Origin: Candidatus Omnitrophota bacterium
GTDB taxonomy: Bacteria > Omnitrophota > Gorgyraeia > Duberdicusellales > 4484-171
Assembly: GCA_016935525.1 (NCBI GenBank)
Contig: JAFGQU010000004.1
Span: 65,314-129,313, forward strand
Length of the DNA stretch: 64,000 nt
Direction of reading: 5' to 3'
Shown here: positions 1-9,156 of the stretch, one piece after another
Numbering within the stretch: the first letter of the stretch is position 1
How the letters are laid out: every line of letters starts with the position of its first letter
Made by a program: the position numbers and the translations under genes
Notes under the pieces: generated by a model
What the model was told of the DNA's origin: nothing
Database searches by the model: none
What the model saw: the letters and a program-made list of their open reading frames with translations, nothing else

Positions 1-224
1 CATGGATGTAAATCTCAGTGAAATCATACGCAAAAGATATACATATCGCCGGTTGATCTTACAGGGTAAAATACTCCTCCCCTATAAAGCCGCGTCATGC
101 CTCATCGGCCCGGATTGCGCGTATCATCTTTATTCACTCATCGATACGACACTCCCTTACGATAAAAACGATAAGATCACCGAAATCAAAGAAACGTATT
201 GACCGCAGTTCTAAAAGAACCGGA

Positions 225-1619
225 TCATACCGCAACTTCTTCAATACGGACCGGATAATGCCCCTGGCGGGTATGATAAAACTCAAGGAACTCCTTCGGA
301 GAAAGGGACGGCAAAAGAGCATAGCGTTCTTTGATCTTTTTCTTGAATTCGTGGTGATACCGGATAAACGCCCCCATGTCCTGAGGAAATTCTTCCTCGT
401 CTACCCCCAGGAAGATACCCTGATGACGGGCATAGTTGAATATTTCTTCCCATTGATCGGGCCGGGAGATCCCGATCCCGCGCACTCCGTTAGAAAGCAA
501 AAACACATAGATATCATCGAAATCACCGTGCCGTTTTATATATTTTTTTACCGTCTCCATCGAGCTGGAAGTATTGAACGCCAGCCAGAACGGTACCGAC
601 CGGGTGAGGACCGACCATAACGGCTCCAGCAGCGCGAAACATTCGATCAGGACCCGCCGGGAAACGAAATCGTTCTTTCGGTACCACCAGCGGTAGAAAT
701 CGGCGGTAAACGCGCTGATATCTTCAGGATGGTCAAAAATGATCGTCATTACTTTATATCCGTTCTCTTTCGCGTAACGGATGATATCTTCGTGGAGCTC
801 GGGAGAAAACCCCCATTCGGCTTCTGGATACCGCCCGGTCGTCTCCGGCACGTCCCATTTTTTGAGAGGACTCCCCTGCTCTTTTAAAAATCTGCCCACC
901 CGGTCGCTTCCCTGCAGATATTCCCGATCCGAGACGTCACCTAATCCACCCACCTGAAAAAAATGGTGATCGGAAAACCGGGTTTTTTCCCATTGATAGG
1001 TGCACTCACAGACAAAGAGTGTCCCGCCGGGAATAAGATTGGTTTTTATGAAATGTTCGTACGTTTTTCCCAGCGTCCGGCGTTTCATCCGGAAATACCC
1101 CATCTTGCTCACCATCAACCGGTCCTGGACCGGATCGTGCATCTGATGCATGATCAGTTCGGGATTATGACGGTGAATCTCCTCCGCAACAGGCCGCCCC
1201 CACTCGGCGTCTTGTTTCAAGTCATCCGGGCCCATATCGCGTCGAATCGCTACCAGGAACGTCTGAGGAAGCCAGGGTATATCCAGGGCCGCACAGAGAT
1301 GGACCACCGCCCCGTTGGAAGAACCGATCATCATCCCGGGATACTGCTTGACCGGATACTGGCTGACCGCATGCCGAGACATCTCTTCGGCCTCGATCTG
1401 TGCGATCTTGTGATGGTCGATCCCCTCCATCGCTCCCACCCAGGTATAGATCCTCTGACGGGTTTTTTCCGGTAAGGAATTGAGAATACCACCGATAAAT
1501 CCCGGCAGTTTAGGCGGTAGGCCGATGGCTTCTGCTTCACGTTTGAGATAGTAACTCAAAGAATAAAGCATCGAAGAGGTAGAATCGAAATCGGGGATAT
1601 ACTCTTTGGCTCTGGACAT
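225..1619 (-). CDS. Conserved hypothetical protein (464 aa), function unknown
   Basis: Long ORF starting 7 nt downstream of the ldh stop; globular composition with motif-like segments IGSSNGAVVHLCAAL, HQMHDP, EAEWGF; no family recognised. Confidence 0.75.
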   Translation of the reverse strand: MSRAKEYIPDFDSTSSMLYSLSYYLKREAEAIGLPPKLPGFIGGILNSLPEKTRQRIYTWVGAMEGIDHHKIAQIEAEEMSRHAVSQYPVKQYPGMMIGSSNGAVVHLCAALDIPWLPQTFLVAIRRDMGPDDLKQDAEWGRPVAEEIHRHNPELIMHQMHDPVQDRLMVSKMGYFRMKRRTLGKTYEHFIKTNLIPGGTLFVCECTYQWEKTRFSDHHFFQVGGLGDVSDREYLQGSDRVGRFLKEQGSPLKKWDVPETTGRYPEAEWGFSPELHEDIIRYAKENGYKVMTIIFDHPEDISAFTADFYRWWYRKNDFVSRRVLIECFALLEPLWSVLTRSVPFWLAFNTSSSMETVKKYIKRHGDFDDIYVFLLSNGVRGIGISRPDQWEEIFNYARHQGIFLGVDEEEFPQDMGAFIRYHHEFKKKIKERYALLPSLSPKEFLEFYHTRQGHYPVRIEEVAV

Positions 1620-1626
1620 GGGAGAT

Positions 1627-2583
1627 CTACAGTTTTATCTGAGCGATGACACTTTTAAGCGTTTCGGCCGAATGAACAAACGCTTCCTGTTCGAATCCGG
1701 AAAGTTCGAGTTTAAGGAAATGTGCTACTCCGCTTTTATTTACCAGCGACGGGATACCTATACACACATCGTTTACGCCGTGATAATCCGAAATCAACGT
1801 TGAGACCGGCAGTATCGAGTTTTCGTCACGCAGGACCGCTTCGGTGATCCGCACCAAGGCCAGGGCGATCGCGTAATATGTCGCGCCTTTGGCATCGATG
1901 ATCTTATACGCGGCGTTTTTCACTTCTTCAAATATCCCGTTTAATTTTTTCTGCTGGTCGCAATGATTAAAATTTTTACAGAGCGGGCAATATTTTTCGA
2001 TTTTCATCCCGCCGATATCGGCGTTGCTCCATACCGGAAGTTCCGTATCGCCATGTTCACCGATGATATAGGCGTGGACATTACGCGGGTCGACCTCACA
2101 GTGTTCGCTGATCAGGTAACGAAACCGCGACGTATCAAGTACGGTCCCGGAACCGAACACACGGTTTTTCGGTAAACCGGATATTTTTAACGTGGCGTAA
2201 GTAAGGATATCCACGGGATTGCTGACAACGAGGATCACCGCGTTTTTGGCGTATTTCATCACTTCCGGTATAATCTGTTTAAAAATCTCGGTATTGGCCT
2301 GGACGAGATCGACGCGGGACTGACCCGGTTTCTGTTTTGCCCCGGCAGTAATCACGACCAGATCGGAATCAGCACAATTTTTATAATCGCCATAATAGAT
2401 CTCAGCCGGAAAGGTGAGGCTTAACCCGTGGTTTAAATCCATACATTCGCCCATGGCTTTCTTTTCGTTTCTATCGACGATCACGATCTCGCGGGCAATC
2501 CCGCGAGTCATCAGCGCGAACGCATAGGTACTGCCTACATTACCGGCACCGATAATCGATACTTTCGGTCTGGATTTTTTCAT
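1627..2583 (-). CDS. ldh: L-lactate dehydrogenase
   Basis: GAGNVG Rossmann motif, ITAGAKQKPGQSR substrate loop (Gln typical of LDH), SNPVD, GTVLDTSR, GEHGD; AAGGAG RBS upstream. Confidence 0.92.
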   Translation of the reverse strand: MKKSRPKVSIIGAGNVGSTYAFALMTRGIAREIVIVDRNEKKAMGECMDLNHGLSLTFPAEIYYGDYKNCADSDLVVITAGAKQKPGQSRVDLVQANTEIFKQIIPEVMKYAKNAVILVVSNPVDILTYATLKISGLPKNRVFGSGTVLDTSRFRYLISEHCEVDPRNVHAYIIGEHGDTELPVWSNADIGGMKIEKYCPLCKNFNHCDQQKKLNGIFEEVKNAAYKIIDAKGATYYAIALALVRITEAVLRDENSILPVSTLISDYHGVNDVCIGIPSLVNKSGVAHFLKLELSGFEQEAFVHSAETLKSVIAQIKL

Positions 2584-2693
2584 AATTTCTCCTTCTCTTT
2601 TTACTCCCGGGGCCGTCCTTTTTCAGGAAAACACATTGTATGAAATGAGTACGGTGGCATTTTATCGGTTGATAAAACAACTTACAAGGATAT

Positions 2694-3656
2694 TTATTTT
2701 AATAACGGTTGAATGTAATTAAACAAATATCCGATGGCAACGATGCCCAACGCCGTGATCCCAAAGAATATCAGGATCAACCTCATCCGCATCGCCCGCC
2801 GCAAAAGTACTGCTTCGGGAAGGCTTAAAGCCGCCGTCGCCATCATAAAGCTGAGGGCTGTCCCCAGCGGAATACCTTTCTGAAAAAGTACGACCGCGAT
2901 CGGGACGATCGCCGCACAACTGCCGTACATCGGCACTCCCAGCACGGTCGCGATCAATACCGTAAACCCTTCGGTTTTACTGATAAGGGTCTCAACCATA
3001 TCCTGCGGCACGTAGTTATGGATAACCGCTCCCAACCCCACTCCGACGATGATCCATAGCCAGAGTTTTTTCACGATGGATATCGCTTCATTGATACCGA
3101 ATATTATTCTTGATTTAATCGTCGGAGTCGCCGCACAGGCACATTGAGGATTATTTACCTGTGCCGATATATCTTTCCTTATAAACCGGTCAAGGTTCAT
3201 TTTTCCGAGAATAATCCCTACCATTACTCCGATAAGGATACCGCTTAAAGTATACAGCAGTGTGATCTTCCAGCCGAAAAATCCCAGCATCAGTACCACA
3301 AGGTACTCATTGATCAACGGAGAAGTGATAAGAAACGAAAAGGTGACTCCCAAAGGTATTCCCGCTTCCAGAAATCCGAAAAATATCGGGATAGAAGAAC
3401 AGGAACAGAACGGAGTGACCGCGCCAAACATCGAAGCAAATACATGGCCGAACATACCGCGACGCGCGATCCACTCTTTGATCTTTTGCGCCGACAGATA
3501 ACTGCGGATAAACCCGATAACGGAAATCATCACAAAAAGCAGCAGGATGATCTTGATCGTATCATAGACGAAGAAATGAAGCGGTTCGGCGAACGTGCTT
3601 TCCGGATCGAACCGCAGGACCGAATAGAGCAGCCAGGTTATGAATTCCGATAACAT
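2694..3656 (-). CDS. ArsP/DUF318-family permease
   Basis: Multi-TM protein with the conserved TPFCSCSSIP and SLPE motifs. Confidence 0.85.
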   Translation of the reverse strand: MLSEFITWLLYSVLRFDPESTFAEPLHFFVYDTIKIILLLFVMISVIGFIRSYLSAQKIKEWIARRGMFGHVFASMFGAVTPFCSCSSIPIFFGFLEAGIPLGVTFSFLITSPLINEYLVVLMLGFFGWKITLLYTLSGILIGVMVGIILGKMNLDRFIRKDISAQVNNPQCACAATPTIKSRIIFGINEAISIVKKLWLWIIVGVGLGAVIHNYVPQDMVETLISKTEGFTVLIATVLGVPMYGSCAAIVPIAVVLFQKGIPLGTALSFMMATAALSLPEAVLLRRAMRMRLILIFFGITALGIVAIGYLFNYIQPLLK

Positions 3657-3677
3657 ATCTCTCCTCTTATTGTTATT

Positions 3678-4382
3678 TTATATCATTTCTAAAAACAAGC
3701 TAGATTTCTCTTTAGAAATAATCTTTCCATCCTGAAGAAAGATCGTACGGGATGCCTGTAACCCCAGTTTAGGATTATGAGTCGCAACGATTATCGTCAA
3801 TCCGTCTTCTTCGTTCAGTTTTTTGAAAATAGAAAATATTTCCTGCGCGCTTTTAGTATCAAGGTTTCCCGTCGGCTCGTCGGCAAGAAGCAGTTGAGGG
3901 GAAACCGCAAGCGCCCGGGCAATCGCTACCCGTTGACGTTCGCCGCCCGATAACTGTTTAGGCAGATGATTGATCCGGTGGCCTAATCCTACCCTTTCCA
4001 TAATCTCAAGAGAATGTTTCCGTTCTTTCGTCATACGGGAAAAATGGAGCGATAATTCGACATTTTCCAGAGCGGTGAGGCTAGGAATAAGTAAAAATTC
4101 CTGAAAAATAAAACTGATAATTCCCCTACGGTATTTCACAAGATCGTTCTCTCGGGCACAAGACACCTCATTCCCCAATACTTCTAACCGGCCACAACTC
4201 ACACTGTCTAAACACCCCATAAGGTCCAATAATGTCGTTTTCCCCGAACCGGACGGCCCCATTAATGAGACAAACTCACCGCATCGTATTTCAAGATCGA
4301 TATTGTTGACCGCATAGATTTCTTCAGCAAATAATTTATATATCTTAGTAAGATTATTCGCTTTGATAACCGGGGTACTCAT
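3678..4382 (-). CDS. ABC transporter ATP-binding protein (LolD/MacB-like)
   Basis: Walker A GPSGSGKT, LSGGERQRVAIARAL signature, LLADEPTGNLD. Confidence 0.93.
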   Translation of the reverse strand: MSTPVIKANNLTKIYKLFAEEIYAVNNIDLEIRCGEFVSLMGPSGSGKTTLLDLMGCLDSVSCGRLEVLGNEVSCARENDLVKYRRGIISFIFQEFLLIPSLTALENVELSLHFSRMTKERKHSLEIMERVGLGHRINHLPKQLSGGERQRVAIARALAVSPQLLLADEPTGNLDTKSAQEIFSIFKKLNEEDGLTIIVATHNPKLGLQASRTIFLQDGKIISKEKSSLFLEMI

Positions 4383-4384
4383 CT

Positions 4385-5569
4385 TTACTCTCCTCGCCTT
4401 ATCGCTTCGATCGGGCGCATCGACGATGCTCTTAATGCCGGATATATTCCGGCAACTAAACCCATAATAATTGCCCCCATAAATGAACTCAGCAAGAGGC
4501 CACCGGTAATAACCACCAGATGACCGCTGGGAGCGTAAGGCAGGATACCGCGTAACATATGTTCCACCAATCTGGCGGCGATTATCGCAAAAAGATTACC
4601 CATTATTCCTCCCCACACACAGATCAAGGTAGTCTCAATCCAGATAATCCGGAAAATATCAAACCGCGATGCGCCAATGGCTTTCATCACTCCGATCTCT
4701 TTTGTCCGCTCGAATACCGACATGAGTATCGTATTTACCACACCGATCACGGCAACAAATATTGCGATGATCGCTATAGAATTGGTCATCACTTTTGCCG
4801 AAGATATCAGATTGAAGATCGTACCGCGTACCTCGGCCATACTTATTACCTGAATCCCGGGTTCATCATAGAGATCTTCTTCAAAACCGGCAATCTGGCT
4901 TATTTCTTTCAATTTTATGCCGATACCGGTGAGCTGGTCCGGTAAACCGAAAATATTCTGGGCAGTGACAAGCGGTAAAAAAATAAGCCCGTCATCCTGA
5001 GTCCCGGTACGTTCGAAGATACCGGCGACCGTAAGGATTTTTTCAATACCCGGGATGAATATTTTATCGCCGATCGAACGTTGTTCGAATTCGGCCGCTT
5101 CATATCCCATAATCACTTCTTCAGCATCGTCTTGAGAAAACCAGTTTCCCGATTTGAATTTTATCCACGGTTTTAAATCAAGAAACGAACGGTGTATGCC
5201 CATATAGAGAGCCAGTCCTCCCTGCCCGTTGTTTTTATCAGGATCATACACGGTATGGACCAGTTGAGGGGTAATCGCCGCGACCCGGGGATCATTGATA
5301 ATCTTGCTATACACCTCTTGATCCATATACCTCAGGCCCCCGCCGCCTTTAAGCATCAGCGTTGCCGCCTCATAAGGGCATCCTTTCGCTGTAATCAACA
5401 CCTGAAATCCCATTTTATCAATATCGCTGCGTAATCCCCGTTGATATCCTTCATCAAAACCCATAAGGCTCACCAGTACCGCGACTGCGACTCCCACCCC
5501 GCCGACAGTCAAAAATGACCTGATCTTTTTCCTTTGTAGATTCTTGAAGGCGATTGCGATAGATTTCAC
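4385..5569 (-). CDS. MacB/FtsX-family ABC transporter permease
   Basis: N-terminal TM, large periplasmic domain, ERTKEIGVMKAIGA motif, C-terminal YPALRAS...PIEAIR. Confidence 0.9.
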   Translation of the reverse strand: MKSIAIAFKNLQRKKIRSFLTVGGVGVAVAVLVSLMGFDEGYQRGLRSDIDKMGFQVLITAKGCPYEAATLMLKGGGGLRYMDQEVYSKIINDPRVAAITPQLVHTVYDPDKNNGQGGLALYMGIHRSFLDLKPWIKFKSGNWFSQDDAEEVIMGYEAAEFEQRSIGDKIFIPGIEKILTVAGIFERTGTQDDGLIFLPLVTAQNIFGLPDQLTGIGIKLKEISQIAGFEEDLYDEPGIQVISMAEVRGTIFNLISSAKVMTNSIAIIAIFVAVIGVVNTILMSVFERTKEIGVMKAIGASRFDIFRIIWIETTLICVWGGIMGNLFAIIAARLVEHMLRGILPYAPSGHLVVITGGLLLSSFMGAIIMGLVAGIYPALRASSMRPIEAIRRGE

Positions 5570-5937
5570 TGTAATTCTACTCCTTGGCCGATCAGAGACG
5601 TATTTCCGGTACGGGCACTTACCGTGCCCTGGACAACCACCTTTTTCCCGACCATCTGGGGAATAGCGAATCCCGAAGGTTTAATATCCACATAGATCTC
5701 TCCGGTCGTATCGTTAAGATTAAACCAACATCCCGACGGGCATTCCCGTACGATCTTCCCGGAAACCGTAACGGTCTTACCGCTAAGTTCTCCCGGATTA
5801 CTGAGAATATTTCTTATCGGTACCGAAGTATACTCTGTAATCGGTTCACCGAACGATTCCGAAGAAACATTCGTAGTACACCCTATAATCAAAATTATAC
5901 CTGTAAATAAAGCTAAAAGATACGTTACCTGTTTCAT
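5566..5937 (-). CDS. OB-fold lipoprotein with CxxxC motif
   Basis: Lipobox-like IIGC; GKTVTVSGKIVRECPSGCWFNL...GKKVVVQGTV pattern of exported OB-fold proteins. Confidence 0.7.
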   Translation of the reverse strand: MKQVTYLLALFTGIILIIGCTTNVSSESFGEPITEYTSVPIRNILSNPGELSGKTVTVSGKIVRECPSGCWFNLNDTTGEIYVDIKPSGFAIPQMVGKKVVVQGTVSARTGNTSLIGQGVELQ

Positions 5938-6584
5938 GGCCTCTCTCCTTTTTCCACTTTTCCTATACGGCTATTTTGCATACCGTCAAAATAAAACGCG
6001 TCTAAAAGAATAAGATTTTTCTTGATCCCCCGCAACGTATTGAAAAAATCTTCAGTCTCTCCCGGAGTCGGTTGTTTAATTTTTTCCAGCATATCCTGCC
6101 GATATAAGTCTTCTAAACCAAGACCGATGAATTGTTGAGTAAATGATTCATCCCGAAAGTACCGCGCCTGGGGCGAAGATATTCTTTGATAATAAAAATC
6201 TACTATGTTTCCCTCAAGATCGGTCGCAAGAATGATCTGTATCCCGCCGTAAGCCCCTTTTTGATTTATCCCGTGTACCCGGCCGATGACCTCTTTCCCT
6301 TTCAATACATCATAATAGGCATACGGGACATCTTCGGCTTCATAGACCGGATCCAACCGGTCATTAAGAAGCGATTCTACTTTCTTCTTTAATCCTTCTC
6401 GCCCGGCACCCTCTATTGTATGGAAGCTGGTCTTATATCCGGTACTTTCAGGGAAAATACGGCGGAGGTCCCGCTCGGGATCGTTTAAAGTGCATCCTAC
6501 CGCGGCACTGGCCGAATAAGTGATCAACAGGATACCTAAACTAATAAAGACCGTGATTACAGATTTGAAGGAATTAACCGCCAT
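5934..6584 (-). CDS. Exported FMN_bind-like domain protein lacking an obvious flavinylation motif
   Basis: Signal peptide (SASA); KGAYGGIQIILATDLEGNIVD...FTQQFIG resembles the FMN_bind fold; no [S/T]GA[S/T]. Confidence 0.55.
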   Translation of the reverse strand: MAVNSFKSVITVFISLGILLITYSASAAVGCTLNDPERDLRRIFPESTGYKTSFHTIEGAGREGLKKKVESLLNDRLDPVYEAEDVPYAYYDVLKGKEVIGRVHGINQKGAYGGIQIILATDLEGNIVDFYYQRISSPQARYFRDESFTQQFIGLGLEDLYRQDMLEKIKQPTPGETEDFFNTLRGIKKNLILLDAFYFDGMQNSRIGKVEKGERP

Positions 6585-7584
6585 AATAATAATATTGCAC
6601 TAACACGCTTGTATCAGCCGGCTCATCTACACGATTGAAATCATGGACTAATGCCGCTCTTAACGTAATATTCTCATTTACACGATACGCCAACCCCAGA
6701 CTGATAAGAGAATCATCCTGATTTTGTTCAGCCAGATCGTGAGCGAACGATTGAAACTGTATTTGAAAACTCAGATTTTGATTGCGCGGTAACGTATAAT
6801 CGTATTCTAAAAGATACCCTAATACCTCATCAGAATCATCCTGTCCATACGCTATTTCCCCTTTCACCAGGGAAGCCCCCATCAGTAATTGGCCGTCAAC
6901 ACCGATCCGTCTCTTCGATACCGCAGATTCCGAAAGAAGTCGGTTATGAGGAAACGTCTGCATCCCTTTTACATCGATCACGTCGCCATAGAGGATTGAG
7001 AACCCGTATTGCACATTTTCCGTCGGCGGCGTACCGACCCGCGCGCTCATTAAAAAACTTCTATCATGACGCCTCAGGCTCATTCCCGAACCGACTCCCA
7101 GAGCAAGTTTATAATCATACTTTCTCAAAAAACCTTCCAACGCCATACCCCAATCTTTCTTAAACCCGATATTCAACGGAGCTAACGTCTGTAACACAGT
7201 CCCGTGAGTATCGATTACGGGTTCAAGCCCGAACGCCGGATCGAAATGGCCGATTCTTAAATTCATTCCGTATCCCAATCGATATTGCATCCAGGCATTA
7301 TGCAGCTCGACGGCCCAGGCATCACGAGAATCCTCCAAGCTGTCATAAGAAAAACGTACCTGAAGGTCGGTGGTAAGAAAATCACCGTATTCACCGGAAA
7401 ACTTTCTAAAATCTTCAAAACCAAAAGAATTAGCCAGGGTACTGCTCTTTCCCGTCCATTGCTGTTGACGGCTGTATCCGCCGATAAGGTTGATCTCTTT
7501 ATTAAAAATCCGTTCCGAACCAGATACGGTATCTCCATTTATAAACCAGGCTGCCACCATAACAAATAACACGAAGGATCTCAT
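6574..7584 (-). CDS. Outer-membrane beta-barrel (porin-like) protein
   Basis: Signal peptide, alternating amphipathic beta-strand pattern, aromatic C-terminus VLVQYYYYGG. Confidence 0.7.
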   Translation of the reverse strand: MRSFVLFVMVAAWFINGDTVSGSERIFNKEINLIGGYSRQQQWTGKSSTLANSFGFEDFRKFSGEYGDFLTTDLQVRFSYDSLEDSRDAWAVELHNAWMQYRLGYGMNLRIGHFDPAFGLEPVIDTHGTVLQTLAPLNIGFKKDWGMALEGFLRKYDYKLALGVGSGMSLRRHDRSFLMSARVGTPPTENVQYGFSILYGDVIDVKGMQTFPHNRLLSESAVSKRRIGVDGQLLMGASLVKGEIAYGQDDSDEVLGYLLEYDYTLPRNQNLSFQIQFQSFAHDLAEQNQDDSLISLGLAYRVNENITLRAALVHDFNRVDEPADTSVLVQYYYYGG

Positions 7585-7865
7585 AACCGATGTAATTTTT
7601 GGACCACTCCGATAAGCTCTTCGATCTTCTTTTTCTTGTTTTTTTCCGCTTTACCGCGAAAGGTATCTACCACGCACGATTCGATATGGGTATGCAATAT
7701 CTTTTCGGCGACCCGATACAGCGCGTTGATCGAAGCATGGATCTGATTGACGATATCGATACAATATTCTTCTTTTTCGATCATCCGCTGGACACCTTTC
7801 ACCTGTCCCTCAATACGCCGCAACGCGGCAAGTTGTACCGTATGAGTCGTTTTTTGTTTCATCAT
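7581..7865 (-). CDS. csoR: CsoR/RcnR-family metal-sensing transcriptional repressor
   Basis: LRRIEGQVKGVQRMI...YCIDIVNQI...HIESC (C...H-x3-C ligand fingerprint). Confidence 0.88.
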   Translation of the reverse strand: MMKQKTTHTVQLAALRRIEGQVKGVQRMIEKEEYCIDIVNQIHASINALYRVAEKILHTHIESCVVDTFRGKAEKNKKKKIEELIGVVQKLHRL

Positions 7866-7886
7866 CGATCTCCCCCTTTTATTTGT

Positions 7887-8429
7887 TTATTCGTCCACTA
7901 TTAATTTTGCCTTCATCTGGCTATGCCCCCGGCCACAGTATATCGAACATAAAACAGGAAATTCTCCGGTCTTATCGGCGACGAACTCGATTTTTTTCAC
8001 CTCACCTTTCTTCACCGTTGCGTTAATCCCATATTCTCCGATATACACTCCATGCGGGACGTCACGCGAGGTAGCCATCAGGCATACGATATCCCCTTTA
8101 TTGACAATTATATCCTGGGGTTCATATCCGAACCGGTAAGCTTGAAACGGTATTTCTTTTATCTTGGAAATATACTTTTCGGGATCTTCTTTGAATTTCC
8201 CGATACACATCGGGCAGCAGAAATAATACGTTTTACCTTTATAGGTATAAGAATATTCTTTCTGAGCCTCACCGCCCATTACCGGACAGATGCCCAAATC
8301 ATTCTCCGCCGACGGCGTCCCCATCTGATGAGCCATCCCCTGCCCCATCTCTTCACCATGATGATCTTGAGCCGTTACGCTTAAAGCCCCCAGACAAAAC
8401 AAGCCGATTAAAAAAATAACCTTTTTCAT
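7887..8429 (-). CDS. Exported YHS-domain + CuA-type cupredoxin fusion protein
   Basis: Signal peptide, His/Met-rich linker, YHS/TRASH motif CPVMG...YYFCCPMC, CuA-like DVPHG...[12 protein letters not shown]. Confidence 0.82.
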   Translation of the reverse strand: MKKVIFLIGLFCLGALSVTAQDHHGEEMGQGMAHQMGTPSAENDLGICPVMGGEAQKEYSYTYKGKTYYFCCPMCIGKFKEDPEKYISKIKEIPFQAYRFGYEPQDIIVNKGDIVCLMATSRDVPHGVYIGEYGINATVKKGEVKKIEFVADKTGEFPVLCSIYCGRGHSQMKAKLIVDE

Positions 8430-8447
8430 ACATATCCCCCCTACGCA

Positions 8448-8477
8448 AGCCTATCATACCCCCTGGGGGTATGTCAA
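8448..8477 (-). promoter_or_regulatory. Sigma70 promoter (TTGACA ... TGnTAGGCT) with a CsoR/RcnR-type operator in the spacer
   Basis: Perfect palindrome CATACCCCC-T-GGGGGTATG at 8455-8473 between TTGACA (8477-8472) and TAGGCT (8453-8448); TAC/C-tract/G-tract/GTA is the CsoR/RcnR operator form. Confidence 0.85.
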
Positions 8478-8511
8478 TGACACTTTTTAAAAAATAATAT
8501 ACAAGGAAGGG

Positions 8512-9156
8512 TCAATGCTCATGACGGATACTTTCAGGGTTTTTCACAAAAAAAAGAGGAAAGACGATATCGCTTACGCAACAGGGCACCCATACCGCAA
8601 TAAATAGGAATAAGAATATCGCGGCATAAGCAAAAAAACTCACCGTCGCTCCTTTCGCCATGAGAATATGGAACAACGAAGCTGCGGTACTGACCAGAAC
8701 GTGGGCAAAATGAGGGAATTTGGTCGCGGGGTTGATATAGGCGATCATAATACCGATAAGCGCCATAGTCGTAATCAGCCACCATCTCTCGAGAAATCCG
8801 ATATGAGCATGCCGGTGCGGCATATCCAACAATACTTCTCCTATATAAGGCATGATCGAATCGCTTACCGTCGCAACTCCGATCGAACCTACATAGCCGA
8901 TTACCAACAACACAAAAAGGTTACAGTGACGCCGGTTATGGGGACAGACATGACGGTGGTACATCGAAGCGGTCACAAGAGCACTGAGGAGTACGTGAGC
9001 CGGATGGAATACGTAAAAGAATTCGTAAGAGACCTCGGGAGTGATGTTACGTAAGAATGCGATCAACCCGATGCCTAATAACGCTCCTAATGCCGTAAAC
9101 GGAGCATGATGACGTAATTCTTTGACGATCTCTCGGAACATAACGGTAGTGCTCAC
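8512..9156 (-). CDS. His-rich integral membrane protein of unknown function
   Basis: About 6 hydrophobic segments with HH, HPAH, HRHAH, PHFAH and CC motifs; start overlaps the glgP stop (GTGA). Confidence 0.75.
   Translation of the reverse strand: MSTTVMFREIVKELRHHAPFTALGALLGIGLIAFLRNITPEVSYEFFYVFHPAHVLLSALVTASMYHRHVCPHNRRHCNLFVLLVIGYVGSIGVATVSDSIMPYIGEVLLDMPHRHAHIGFLERWWLITTMALIGIMIAYINPATKFPHFAHVLVSTAASLFHILMAKGATVSFFAYAAIFLFLFIAVWVPCCVSDIVFPLFFVKNPESIRHEH

Noticed and set aside
1-224. Short ORFs at the window start
   Set aside because: No convincing reading frame, RBS or motif on either strand
7887-8429. Cytochrome c oxidase subunit II call
   Set aside because: No TM helices and no subunit I nearby
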